DNA from: Vitrella brassicaformis CCMP3155
Lineage: Eukaryota > Protista > Chromerida
Assembly (NCBI GenBank): GCA_001179505.1
Contig: CDMY01000339.1
Span: forward strand, 1-64,000
Length of the DNA stretch: 64,000 nucleotides
Reading direction: 5' to 3'
Below are positions 12,353 through 24,637 of this stretch, piece after piece (position 1 is the stretch's first letter; each line of letters opens with the position of its first letter). Below the pieces are notes generated by a model that did no database searches, was not told where the DNA came from, and saw only the letters and a list, made by a program, of their open reading frames with translations. The position numbers and the translations under genes were made by a program.

Positions 12353-15300
12353 TCATCCCTGCCCCTCCTTGTCCATCGCCCTGGCCATCCCAGCCGTGAA
12401 AGATGAAGACCTCGCTTGGCTGGCAGCCGGCCGCCGAACCACCTCCGCATCCCTCGACCCCTCTGCCTGGTCGCCGCGCAGCAGACTCTCCGCCGCCCTC
12501 CAGCCAGTCTTGAAGCGAGACGCTGGCAATGGGGCACTCACCGACCGAATGACCCGTTTCGCTGCCGGCACACATGGAGGCGGGCTGTCAGCTGTGGTGG
12601 CGTTGGACTCATGAGCCCCTCGTGGCGAGGGCCGCGACTCAGTCGGCGCGCCGTTCTCTGCAGATACGTTGTTGCCCTCCTGCAAGGGGCTCTCGGTCTC
12701 GGCGGTCTCTGCGAGAGGGGGCATGAGGGGGGCCGTCATGCCGAGAGGGTGGAGGTGGTGAATGGGTGTGGAGGGGTCGAAGGATGGAAATTGGGGTGTC
12801 TCTGCTGGAACGGGGACGATCTTGCTGCCGGTGTTGCGGTGCCGCATGTGGCGGAGGGGCTGCACGCGGTGTGTGGCCGCGATCTGCTTCCGCCACCTCA
12901 GCACCTTGGCGACAGTCATGCGCTCCACTTGGCCGGCCTCGGACATGCGAATCAACCTGAAAATGGCGAGCGAATGGACAATTGAAGAGTGGTCACTCAG
13001 AGGCAGTGAGCGGTCCGGTGTGTCGGCCTTCTCACTTTTTGCAGGCCATGACGCGAAGCTGGGCGAAGATGATCGATGCACAGCTCAGACCTGCCACACC
13101 ACAAACAAATGAAATGAGGGAGGGCAATGCAATGCCTCCTTCGCTTCGACATCACAGCACCCACCAAGCACCCGTCCGCTCCCTCCCTGTTGGCTTCGCT
13201 CACCGATGCAGATCATGAGCAGGACAGGCACGAACGAGAAGGTTTGGTTGTCCAACATCCCATGGTGCACCGTCAAGGCCAGCAGCGCCACCACCACCAT
13301 CAGCACACCGGCGCATACGCACCGGTAGATGCGCATCTTCCGGAGCAGCAGCTTCGGGGCCGTGGGGGAGAGCAGGCCGTCCGTCTCATACTCGTCCATC
13401 TGCTCCTCCCATGCGTTAACTGGAGGGTGGCCGTGCTGCCCATGCGCATGCGCGGCGTGGTCGTTGTCACTGTTGGGTGGGGCCTCGCCATTACCCACGT
13501 CGTCCCCTGATCGTGGGGCCTCCGCTGCTGGCTCCGCTTCGTCTTTCGCCGTGAGCAAGAAGGCGATAGGCTTAACGCCTGGATGGACGGATGGATGGAC
13601 ACCCACAATGCGTCCGTCTCATGACAGAACCAAGACTGGCTGTGTCTCGTGTGTGCCGTACCAATGTAGTGGTTGAGGAGGTCCACCACGACGTCCTCGT
13701 CACGCGAGAAGCTTATGATGCTAAAGAAAGTGCCGCTAACGGGGTCCTCTGCGGCCTGCCCTGACTGGTGTAGCGCCACGCCCTCAGAGATCAGATCCAC
13801 CTGCCACCGGTACTTGAGAGGGTAAAAAAGCTTGATCAGCGTCGAAGCCAGCGCAAAGACGGTGGGCAGAATCACCGTCACCACCAACAGATACACCCGC
13901 ACCTCGGGCGGCTGCTCCTGAAAGATGCCGTCGCGGGGCGGCCGGTGGCCGACGAGGTTGAGCAGAGCCAGGGGGATGGCCGCTGCTGGGATGGCACAGA
14001 TCTTGGGAAGGAAAGACCTGAACATCATGTAGGACGCCTCTCTCCGTGTCGCAGATAGAAACTCGTCGTAGTCGATGATGTCGGCCAGCACGGCCTCGGC
14101 AAGGAACTTGGCGCCTGCACCACACACAGCAAACACACGGACGACTGAATGGGGCGATGGCTGGATGGCTGGATGGCTGGATGGATTGACTGACCGAGTG
14201 GCAGTCCGTTGATGAAGGCGAGTGCGATCATGGGGTAGACGTCGCCCCGGTCGAGGAAGCTGAAACACACGTTGGTCACGGCCGACGTAAACGAGTACAG
14301 CACCCACGTGTTGTACTTGCCTGCACACAACACAGTAGCACAGACCCATGACGGACAGACAGACAGCTGGAATGACTGCACTTAGTGATGGCGACTGAGT
14401 CGCACCGACCGACCGATATATTTCGACAAGAGGAGCCAGAGTGGTGTGGCGGAGAAAGCGGCCACCAGGACGGCGGTGACTCCAGCGGCCAGCACGTGGT
14501 CCGACCGACATCTCCATGAGTTAGAGGCCGTGCCCTCGATGGGCACACCCCTGTTGCAGTCGATGCCGCCATCCTCCTCGGTCTGGTACTCGGGCTGAAT
14601 CACATAACGCACCTGCATCGCCACACCGCACCGCATCCACACACAGACCAACCAACCAACGAACGATGCATGTCATGTGCATCTTCCTTCCATGGTGTGT
14701 GTATGGTGCACTGCACGTGGTCAAGCTTACGTAGTAGCTCATCATGGAGGTCAGGATCCCCGCCACAACGGCATCACAGGCCCACGCCGGCAGCTGGGTC
14801 AAGAACGGCTTGTTAGTGAGGGTGGAGAGCAGCGTCGGCAGCAGAGAACGGCTGAAAGGCCGCTCTATCCGCTCATCGCCGCCATCACCAAGGTGCTCCC
14901 CTGCTTCTGCTTCACCAGCCCTCCCGGTCTCGTCGCCGTTTTGCCCTTTGCATTGGGTTTTCCGCCGATATCGGTAAATCGTGGCCATCCTCGCCCGCAG
15001 GAAAGGCAGAGCGCTCTTGCGCATCGACCAGCGCTGTGTGGGGAGGCTGGGCGGCGGGGGCTGCTTGTTTTCGACGCGCTGGAACCTCTTCCAGAGAGGG
15101 GAGTCAGTTGACATGCCGCTGATGCCTGTCGACAAGGGGGCAATGCTGCTGGTGGCTTCCTGTGCGGACGGAGGGAGAGGTGCGGGTGTTGCTGCTGGCG
15201 GGGGATCGTTGGCAAGGGCCGTTGGCTGTGGTGGTTGTGGTACTGTCGTGTCGTTGTGTTGGTTCTGCTGTTGCTTGGCGAGCTGTCGTTGTCTCTGCAC

Positions 15301-15426
15301 CTGGGCCCGTTCCTTGATCTGTATGCATGCGTTGATGATGGTGGCCACATACCAGGCCCCAAAGAAGACGCCCACAAAGGTGAAGGCCGTCCGCTGGTGC
15401 TGCAGCGTGCACCACACACCACACCT

Positions 15427-15459
<33 letters not shown>

Positions 15460-16940
15460 CCACACAGAAGAGAGGTGTGAGGCGCGGCACACAGCACAGC
15501 CCACAGGCATTGATGCGACTGTGAGAAAGCCTACCTTTCCAGGCAGGTGCAGTAGCAGTCCAGGCCGTCCACACAGTCGAGGGAATCCCCGTCAGGCGCA
15601 TCAGGCCTGGTCAGGAGAGGCAGGCAGAGAGGGGGACAAGGAAGGGATCAGAGGGTGCATGAGCGAACTGGTGCCACACCTGATTGATTGATGCGTTTGT
15701 GCGTACCGTGTGCTGCACTGCCCGGTGAAGTTGGATTCAAACAGCCGCAACGGATCCGTTAGGTTGTAGCTGCACATCACACACACACACACACACACAC
15801 ACATCTAGCGGCTGTGGTTCGGCGCGGCAATGCCAGGCAGGCCAGCCTCTACCATCGCGCATCGCACCTGTCCGGTTCGCCTGTGGATGGGTTGATCCTG
15901 CAGGACCTGCCCCACCTCTCGCCCAGCTCGTTGATATCGTTGGAGAAGCATTTGAGGTGGGGGTCCTCACACTCAGTCCACCAACCTATTACCGTTGCAA
16001 GCAACACTGCACACACACACGCACACACACACACCAACAAAAACAACACACACGCAGAGAGAATGGGCGCGGCGCGGCGCCCGTGGTGTGTGGTGTATGG
16101 CTGCTGACGGACTGACTGACTGACCAGGGCAGAGCACCGCCACCAGCGAGCCGAACCCGTCAAACAGCCCCGACACAAAGAACAGCCGCGAGCGGTCCTC
16201 ATAGTTGTCCGTCAGCTCGGGGCCCAGGGCGTCATAGGGAATGTTTGAGAAGGTGTTGGCGAGGTAGAAGAAAAAGTAGAAAAACCCAAACCACAGCGAC
16301 AGACTCCGTTCGCTCACCAACACAGGGTTGGGCGGGCTGAGCAGCAGCGTCAGCAGCACCGCATAAGGGAAACACCCGATGATCATAAAGGGCTTTCTTC
16401 TCCCGAAGGGGCTGCTGAAGGTGTCTGTGAGGTAGCTCATGCCGGGGTCGCTGAGGACGTCGAAGCACCGGGCGAGAGCGATGAAGAACGACATGTAGGC
16501 CAGGGAGGCGCCGAGCATCTCGTAGAACTGGTTGGCGTAGGCCGCCAGCAGCAGGGTGATGGGGAGGGTGGAGAACGTGGGAGCCGCGAAGGAGACCTTG
16601 ATGCGCAGCGGGAGGATGCCCTCGTCCAACACGGGGGTCTCCGGCCTGATTGATCAGATGATTCATCAAGTACAGCAACCAACCAGCCACACACCAGCGA
16701 CACACCAACCAGACACCGACAGACAGCAAGCATGAGATCTCATCCTGGTTGCTGTCAGTCCTTATTGGCTCACAGGTGTGTGTATGAGTGCCGCCTTCTC
16801 TCAGCGATATGGTCAGACACAAGAGATTTCTCGCGCGTGAGCGACCGCCGTGTGGCTGACCTCACCGTCACCGCGTGGCCATCCTGTCTGGCCTGCGGCT
16901 GGCTGTGAGGGCTGTGGGAGCCGTCAACGTGGCCATCCAT
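12353..16940 (-). CDS. MFS transporter, GPH/MelB-like (MFS_2) family, multi-exon, with C-terminal extension
   Basis: Motifs read ARCFDVLSDPGMSYLTDTFSSPFGRRKPF, NIPYDALGPELTDNYEDRSRL and LADIIDYDEFLSATRREASY, all typical of GPH symporters. In-frame splices continue through 13085-13580 and 12353-12955. Confidence 0.85.
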
Positions 16941-17711
16941 GGGAGCCACCGATGATTTGGGCGAGGAATCGGTGTGGGAGGGCAGCGAAGTCATGGGGGT
17001 GACGGGTGGGGGGAGGGGTGAACGAGATGATCAAGGCAAGGAACCAGAAACCATTTCTCGCGGAAGAAGGGAACGACAGTCGATAGGGTTTCTCGAATCT
17101 GGGTTCGGGTATCAGGGTTTGTGCGGCTCCCACGAGCTTGGTTAACAGGTCAGCGCAGGAGGGATAGAGTCATTGATTGCCATGAAGACATGCAAGTCCA
17201 TCAATCAGGCCATCCATACAATCAATCAGTTGGATCATTCCATTAGCTACCTGCCTCGTCCCACAGAGATAAAGAGAGAATGTGATCTGTGCCTCACTGC
17301 ACTGCCCGCACACACACACACATCCCTCTCTGCGCTTTCTTCCACGTGTGTGTTGCACCGAAGAGGGATGGATGGCAGAGGTCTGCAAAAGGTGGATGGG
17401 TGGGCAGAGAGAGAGGACCCGTGAAAGGAGAGAGAGTGAGAGAGTCACGGGTTGGAACAGCAGCCGCCTGGCCTGCCTCTGTCTGTCTATCGTATGCCTA
17501 TCGGCCATCCACCCCCCATCCACCCACCGCTCCAGCCAGACAAATAGGACAAGACGCAGATCCAGACACACGCATGCGCGAGAACCACACACACAGAGGC
17601 AGGCCGGGCCGCACACAGAACAAACATCCCACCCGCCCACCGTCCTCCCTCCCTCCCTCCCCCCGCACCGCAACCCCCACCCACCCCACACATTATGTGT
17701 CAGTCACTGTG

Positions 17712-18875
17712 TCAGGTCATGACCACATCGTTCTGGGCATTCTGGGCAGCAAACGCACTCGAGGGTGTGGGGCCGGGGGCGGTCGCAGCAGCAGCAGCAG
17801 ATGGCTGAGCCACCATGCTCACGCCCATGCCCATGCCGTCGTCCATTCCCATCCCCACAGTCCCCTCGCTCACAGATGCCGCCATCGCCATCGGGGGAGG
17901 GGGGGCAGCAGACGGGCCATCCTCCTCCAGCAGCGCCTCATCCCTATCGTCCCCTCCCTCACCCTGCCCACCGACCCGCAGCTGAGCCTGCTCCTGCGCG
18001 ACGGTCTCGGCGTGGTACTTGAGGAACTCGGCATACTGGCGCTTGAGGCTTGTGTGGTGTGTGGGGCAGTGGCCGGCCTGCTGGGCGGCCTGCTGGGAGC
18101 GCTGGGCGGCCCCCGCGCCGCGGTAGAGCATCTCGTACTCGCGCAGCTGGTTCTTGAAGCCCTCGTTGATCGTGATGCAGTGGCGGCGCGTCAGCACGTA
18201 GTGATGGGCCATGTCTGCAGACACACACACACACACACAGACATACAGACGTGCAGACGTGCATACGTGTGGGTGGGCATGTGTGTGTGTGTGGCGCGCA
18301 CCACCGTGCTTACCGAATGTGAGCTGGAACTCTTCCATGACGTAGGCAACGATCAGCGCAGCGCTACGCGACATGCCGGCCGTGCCGTGCACCAGAATCT
18401 TGCCTGCACAGCCACACACCACAGGAGCACCCCACTGCATTCAGCGAACCAACCAACCAGCCCCAATCTCCCTCCCTCCCTGCCTCCCATCCACCAACCC
18501 CCCTCCCATCCATTATATCACCGACTGACCTCTCTGCGCCAGCACGGATTTGATGAGGTCCCTGGCTGGTCCGAAGTGTTTGATGATGTTCTGGAAGGAG
18601 TTGTCATGCACCTCCAGCACCTGGTACCGGAACCGCTCGGGGAACTTCTCCTTGATGATGCGCGCCTCCGTCGGCGCACGCACTATGAGGATGTGCGTCA
18701 CGCCCAGCTGCTGCAGCCGCTCGGCGTCCTTGGCGGCGCCGAACGGGCCCAGGAAGACCCCCGGCACGATCTCCTGCGCCTCACGCTTCTTGGTGTAGAT
18801 CCAGTCGCAGTCGGGAGGCAGCAGGCCGCGGCGAATCGCCTCATCCAGCTGGTCCCACCGCAACGGCGCACCCAT
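17712..18875 (-). CDS. STYX: STYX-like dual-specificity pseudophosphatase (catalytic Cys replaced by Gly), 3 exons
   Basis: Segments read DWIYTKKREAQEIVPGVFLGPF, YQVLEVHDNSFQNIIKHF, GKILVHGTAGMSRSAALIVAYVME and RRHCITINEGFKNQLREYE. They are colinear with my recollection of metazoan STYX (HGNAGISRS). Confidence 0.85.
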
Positions 18876-19176
18876 CAGCTCAAGGCAGGGGAGTGAGTTG
18901 AGAGTAGGCGCGGCGCAACAGAGGCTGGCAGGCGTAGAGCACGTCAGCACCGAGGATGAGCTGTCGACGGGACGTCAGAGGTGTGGCGATGAAACCAACG
19001 GTTGAATGGCTATGGACGGCGAGGCTCCCTGCGATTACAGAAAGGCGCTTTTGGTCCTCTTTTCCGGCTGCGAGCCGAAGTTGCGAGCTTGAAGCCATTC
19101 GACTCAAACTTCACGCCCAGTGGCACGTCGCATCAGTCCTCAGATCTTTGCTGTCGAAGCAGCAGGCTGAGCCGCA

Positions 19177-22056
19177 ATGAGAGGATCTTTGCCATCGCCT
19201 CTCAGAGAGACGGACGTCATCGACGTCGGCGTCAGCTCGTCACGCCATGCAGCACAGGCCAGGAGGACACGGCAAGCCGCCGGCAGTGCACTGGTCAGAT
19301 CACTGGACAGATCTGTCATCGCGGCTCTCGTCTTCTGCAGCCACTGCATCTCGGCCTTCCAGCCAATTCTCTCCCCTCAGCAATCGACAAGGCACTCCCT
19401 CAGCACCAGACACGCCGTCGCCGAGCGCACGCCGACCGTCATGCCCTCGCCAACCCTGGCCCGCACGACAATGCAGCCACGGCGGCAGCAGAGCTCTTTG
19501 ACGTTTGTGGACAGTGACCTGGACAGGCTGATAGACATTCTGCCCGACATGGTGCGGGGGCCGCTGCGGGCGGCGCCCGACGGGTATGAGGGGCTGGTGG
19601 AGGTGGTCATGGACCTGGGGAGGCGGCCTGAGGCGCGGTACCACGACCATGCGATGTTCTTGAGTCAACGGGCGGTGAGCTGGCAGGATCTGGACTACGC
19701 TGTCAAGAGGCTGGGGCAGTTCAGTGGGGACAACCGAGCTGGACTCGAGAGGGCACTACACAGGTCCGTTTGTCAGTCAATGCCCCCAAGACATCATGAT
19801 GTGTGTGTATGTCTTGGCTCATCTGTCTGTCTGTCTGTGTGGTTTGGTATCAATCAGGATAAGTGCCATCCGGAATCGTCAGGGTGCGATAGTTGGGCTG
19901 ACGTGCCGAGTGGGTCGAGCCGTGTGGGGCACCGTCAGCAACATCCGCGACCTGCTCGAGTCGGGCCAGTCGCTGCTGCTGCTCGGCAAGCCCGGCGTTG
20001 GCAAGACCACTGCCATCCGGGAAATCGCAAGGTACGGTGGGGGAGAAATGAATGGGTGCTGCTGGTCTGGTCTGCCTGCACTTGATGGTTGGTTGGGTGA
20101 GTGTGTGCCTCATGTCGGTGTGTATGTGTGTCCTTCCTTCAGGGTGCTGTCCGACGAGATAGGGAAGCGTGTGGTGATCATCGACACGTCAAATGAGATA
20201 GCCGGCGACGGCGACGTCCCGCACCCTGGCATCGGACGGGCCAGACGCATGCAGGTACACACACACACAGACGGCACAGCCACACGCATCCCATCACTCT
20301 CTCTCCGACCCCTATATCCATCCATTCATCCATCTGTGTGTGTGTGTGTGACAGGTGCGCAAGGTCGAGTGTCAGCACCAGGTCATGATTGAGGCCGTTG
20401 AGAACCACATGCCCGAAGTCGTCATCATTGACGAGATCGGCACCGAGCTCGAGGCATCTGCCGCCCAGACCATCGCACAGCGGGGCGTTCAGCTGGTGGG
20501 GACGGCCCACGGCAACAACCTCGAGGGGCTCATCAAGAACCCCACGCTCGTCGACCTCCTCGGCGGCATCGAGGCCGTCACACTCGTGAGGCCAGCTGGG
20601 AGAGAGGGAGAGAGATGGGCAGACTCGCGAGGAGGCGTATGGCGTTGCGTGTGTGTGTTTGTGTGTGTGTAGGGTGATGAGGAGGCCAAGAGGCGTCAGA
20701 CGCAGAAGAGCATTCTTGAGAGGAGAGGACCGCCCGCATTCCAGGTGCGTGAGGACAGACAGACAGACAGACTCGGCCCGAACAATGAAGTGAACGCCTC
20801 CACTGGTGGTCATCAATCCGTTCATTCAGATCTGCATAGAGATCAACAACCGCAACTCCTGGGTGGTCCACGAGGCCGTCGACCAGGCCGTCGATCTCCT
20901 GCTCCAGGGGATGCAGCCGACCGTCCAGGTCAACACGGAACCACAGCACCACAGCTGTATACATAATGCACCTTCCTCTGTCTTGTCTGGCTCCACGCTT
21001 GTGTGCTTCATTCAGGTCCGGGCGACCACCAAAAACGGCGAGACCCTCATCACATACAGGCTGTCAGGGGAGGGGACCGCTGGCGGTTTCCAGACAAAGT
21101 GGGCTGAGAACCGCGAGAAGCAGTACTCCTCGCTCAAGGCGGCCGTCCGCCCCCCGCCCCAGGCCTCCCCACTCGCCACCGCCAGCACCAGCGCGGCGCC
21201 CAAGTACCGGCCCCCCGTGCAGCAGGTGCCTCTCTACGACGATGGCGATGAAGATGACTACATGGACGATGAGCATGGCTACGGCAGCGGACGGAGGTAC
21301 ATGGCGCAGAGCAACGTCCAGTACGGAAGGTGACTGAGTGCTGTAAACCGGAGGGGGACAAGCGGGGGAAGAAAGAAGTATCTTCTATGTGTGTGTCGGT
21401 CGGTCTTGTGTATGTGTGTAGGTCGAGGATTGCTCGTTCGGTGTCGGCGAGTTGGGACGATGGCGCACGGTCTGCGAAAGTGAAGCTTTCCGAGACGCGG
21501 GAGCGGGACCTCGGCAATGGCGCGGTGCCGTCCGGCGACAACGTCCTGCAGGTCTACTCGCTCGGCCTCTCTGAGTCGCGCCTCGACCGTGCCTTGAGGT
21601 CCCTGGGAGCTGCTGCGGTAAGCGATGGGGAGAGGGAAACATGGAATGACATGGCTGCTGGATTCGTTCGTGTATTGCCTTCTGAGCTCAGGAGGTGCAA
21701 GATCTGAAGGATGCGCACATTGTGCTGGCTCGCAAGTCGGCTCTTCCGCGGTTCCCCTCGCTGAGAGAAGTCGCCAAAGACAAACGAGTGAGCCAGCCAT
21801 GTGGTGGCCGGTGTACGGTAGATCAGATCCGCATGTGTGTGTTGTGCGCTGCATATTTATGTGGTGTGTGTGTGTCTGTCAGATTCCCATCTTCACTGTG
21901 CAGAGCGACACGGTGCCCCAGCTGACGCGGACACTCAAGCGTGCATTGCAGGTGGGATGGGAAGCACTCATGAGACACACCACACCAGACAGTGCATAGC
22001 ATATTCTGCCTTCCTTGTGCTTGTCTTCTGGCTGGCTGCAGGAGCGGTCCCACTGA
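19177..22056 (+). CDS. ycf45: Ycf45 / SpoIIIAA-like P-loop ATPase, multi-exon, putative plastid-targeting leader
   Basis: Motifs read [42 protein letters not shown], Walker [48 protein letters not shown] and GTAHG. The N-terminus has [15 protein letters not shown] followed by an S/T/R-rich segment. Confidence 0.9.
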
Positions 22057-23204
22057 TGTATGCGACGCATACCAACTACGAGTGTGATGTGTAAACGGTT
22101 TGTGTTGGGGCCATATTTGTTTGTATCATCTCCTCGTGTCGTCTCTCATGGGGAATTCGACATATCGTGTGCATCACCATCTGTCGGCGTCTCGCTCTTT
22201 CCTTTGGTTCTCCTGCATCCGCGCGACGTCGAGAGCGCCTGCCAAGGACGGCAGCTGCTCTCAGCGTTGCGGAGGGGCGGACACAGCCAGGGGAGGACAG
22301 ATGCCCAGACAGAGACTGCGATGGGTGAACGGTAATCACAGGTGTGTTAGTCAGTGTCTTGACCCCTTTTGGCCTTGGCTCGGTGGCTGTCGGGGCAGTG
22401 CAGTGACTATGTATGCTTCAAGCGCAGATTTTCCCCTCTCTGCAATACATACACGTCTTGTCTTGCCTTGCCTTGCCTTGGCTGCCCGTGGTGCTGCTTG
22501 ATGCGATGCCACCCATGGCTGCCTCCATGCGTATGGTGTGTTGCGTAACCACCAATGGGCCATTTTTCCGTCGGATGGGATGCCAGCAGACAGACAGACA
22601 GACAGACAGCCAGACAGTTTTGTTGTGCCTATGCATTGCAACACGATTTTGCCCACATTGATCGATGGAGAGAGGGGAGAGAAGGAGAGGCCACAACTCA
22701 GTCTTACCGAGTGTATACGGCCGGCCGACCGGCCAGCAGTATGTGTGTGTGTGTGTGTGTGTCCACATCCATCCACAGCCACACACACGCGTCCATCCAT
22801 CCATCTCTTTGTTTGTATGTATCTAGGTGGGTATTTCTGTGTATGAGTGAGTGTATGAGTGTCCCATGCCATGCACACCTGTGTGCATGTCATGTGTCTG
22901 TCTGTGTAGTTGGGTGTGTACTATATGTAGCAAAGTTGGGAGGGTGTGCTGTACAGCCAGCAGCTGCTGTGAGTGAGTGATGTGACTGACAACCGGGGGT
23001 GTCATAGAGCATGGACCCAAGACGGCAAGAATTTATCCGTGAGCGTTGGTTGCAACAGACGAACATCGTCCCACCCACCCAGCACATGTGAAGTGAAGTC
23101 AACCCACCCACTATAAGCATGTGCACATCCCCATGTACCCTACGTACCCCATGTACAATCCTGTCGCCGCCGCAGCAACCCAGCCTGGCCGGCATCATCC
23201 CCCC

Positions 23205-23504
23205 NNNNNNNNNNNNNNNNNNNNNNNNNNNNNNNNNNNNNNNNNNNNNNNNNNNNNNNNNNNNNNNNNNNNNNNNNNNNNNNNNNNNNNNNNNNNNNNN
23301 NNNNNNNNNNNNNNNNNNNNNNNNNNNNNNNNNNNNNNNNNNNNNNNNNNNNNNNNNNNNNNNNNNNNNNNNNNNNNNNNNNNNNNNNNNNNNNNNNNNN
23401 NNNNNNNNNNNNNNNNNNNNNNNNNNNNNNNNNNNNNNNNNNNNNNNNNNNNNNNNNNNNNNNNNNNNNNNNNNNNNNNNNNNNNNNNNNNNNNNNNNNN
23501 NNNN
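23205..23504. other. Assembly gap (300 N) flanked by C runs
   Basis: Run of N read directly from the sequence. Confidence 1.
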
Positions 23505-23530
23505 CCCCCCTCCCATCCATCGTCGTGTCT

Positions 23531-24440
23531 TCAGGTAGCCCTCTGCGGTCCATCGAGATCAAAATCACTTGCATCAAGGGGCAGGGTCAAGACAGGTTGT
23601 TGTCCAGCAGCGATGGGTGGGCCGGCCTGCAGTGAGGTACGGGGAGGAAGACTGTCGTTGCCAACGCGGGACGGCCCTCTCAAGAGCGTGCCCTTCGACG
23701 GGAGATAGGGTGGTTGGCTGTTAGCTGTTGATGGGTCGGTCCGGTTGCTGTCCATGGACAACTTGAGCAGCCGGGATATCTGTTCGTCTTTCAGATGGAG
23801 ATAGCGATAGCACTCATCCAGCTGCATGCAATGCAGCCATCCACAACACACACAATCAGGCAAGGCAATCCATGCCTCCATTTCTTCCGTACCTCACCTC
23901 ATGTTTGAGTCGGGTGTTCTCCCTCAAGCCCCTCTCCAGCTCAGCGTCGCGATCTGACAGAGCTGCCTCAAGGGTTTCTGCAACACACACCCAAACATAG
24001 CCGCCATATGTCCCCCCGCAGTGCCGCCCACGTTACAGCTCTCACCGGTGCGTCGTTCCATGGTTCGTAGCGCCTCTCCCTGCTCCCGAAACCTCTGCAC
24101 ATCGACACTCCGCCTCTCCGTCGAATTCCTCAGGGTCAACAACACCTGCACCCATCGGCCGCACAACCACCGACCACAAAAATGTATGTGTGTCTGTCTG
24201 TATGTGTGGCATCTTGTGTGTGTGTGTCCCCCCATGCACCTTGCTTTGGAAGGACAGCTGCTGATGCAGCCGTGACAGCTCGGCCTGCTGCTCCTCAACC
24301 AGCTCCCGCAAATCGTCCCCTCTCTGCACAGCAATGCGGTACTGATGCAGAGGCACACTCTCACCCTCGGGCTGGCCATTCTCTGCAGCGTCGACATGCC
24401 GCGAGGCACGTGAGCCATGACGGTGTGTTCCATCCTGCAT
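23531..24440 (-). CDS. Multi-exon hypothetical coiled-coil protein
   Basis: Exon-like segments read DDLRELVEEQQAELSRLHQQLSFQSK, VLLTLRNSTERRSVDVQRFREQGEALRTME and ECYRYLHLKDEQISRLLKLSM, with GT-AG intervals between them. Joins were not fully resolved. Confidence 0.45.
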
Positions 24441-24637
24441 ATCTCTGCTGCCTTTCCCTCGAAATAATTGGGTTACACAGCTACCCGATGCTGATTCATT
24501 GCGGTGGATGGAATTCATGTATGCATTCGCGGCCATATTCACTTCAGATGAGTCTGTCAGCACCGCCCAGCGGCGTATGCATGAGTCGCATGCACCATGG
24601 TGTCTCACGAGCTCTCACACCACACCAATGGCATCAG

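Noticed and set aside
17289-18896. 535-aa plus-strand ORF
   Set aside because: It is an antisense shadow of the STYX gene running through microsatellite introns.
22890-23708. ORFs spanning the N run
   Set aside because: These are artefacts of translating the assembly gap.
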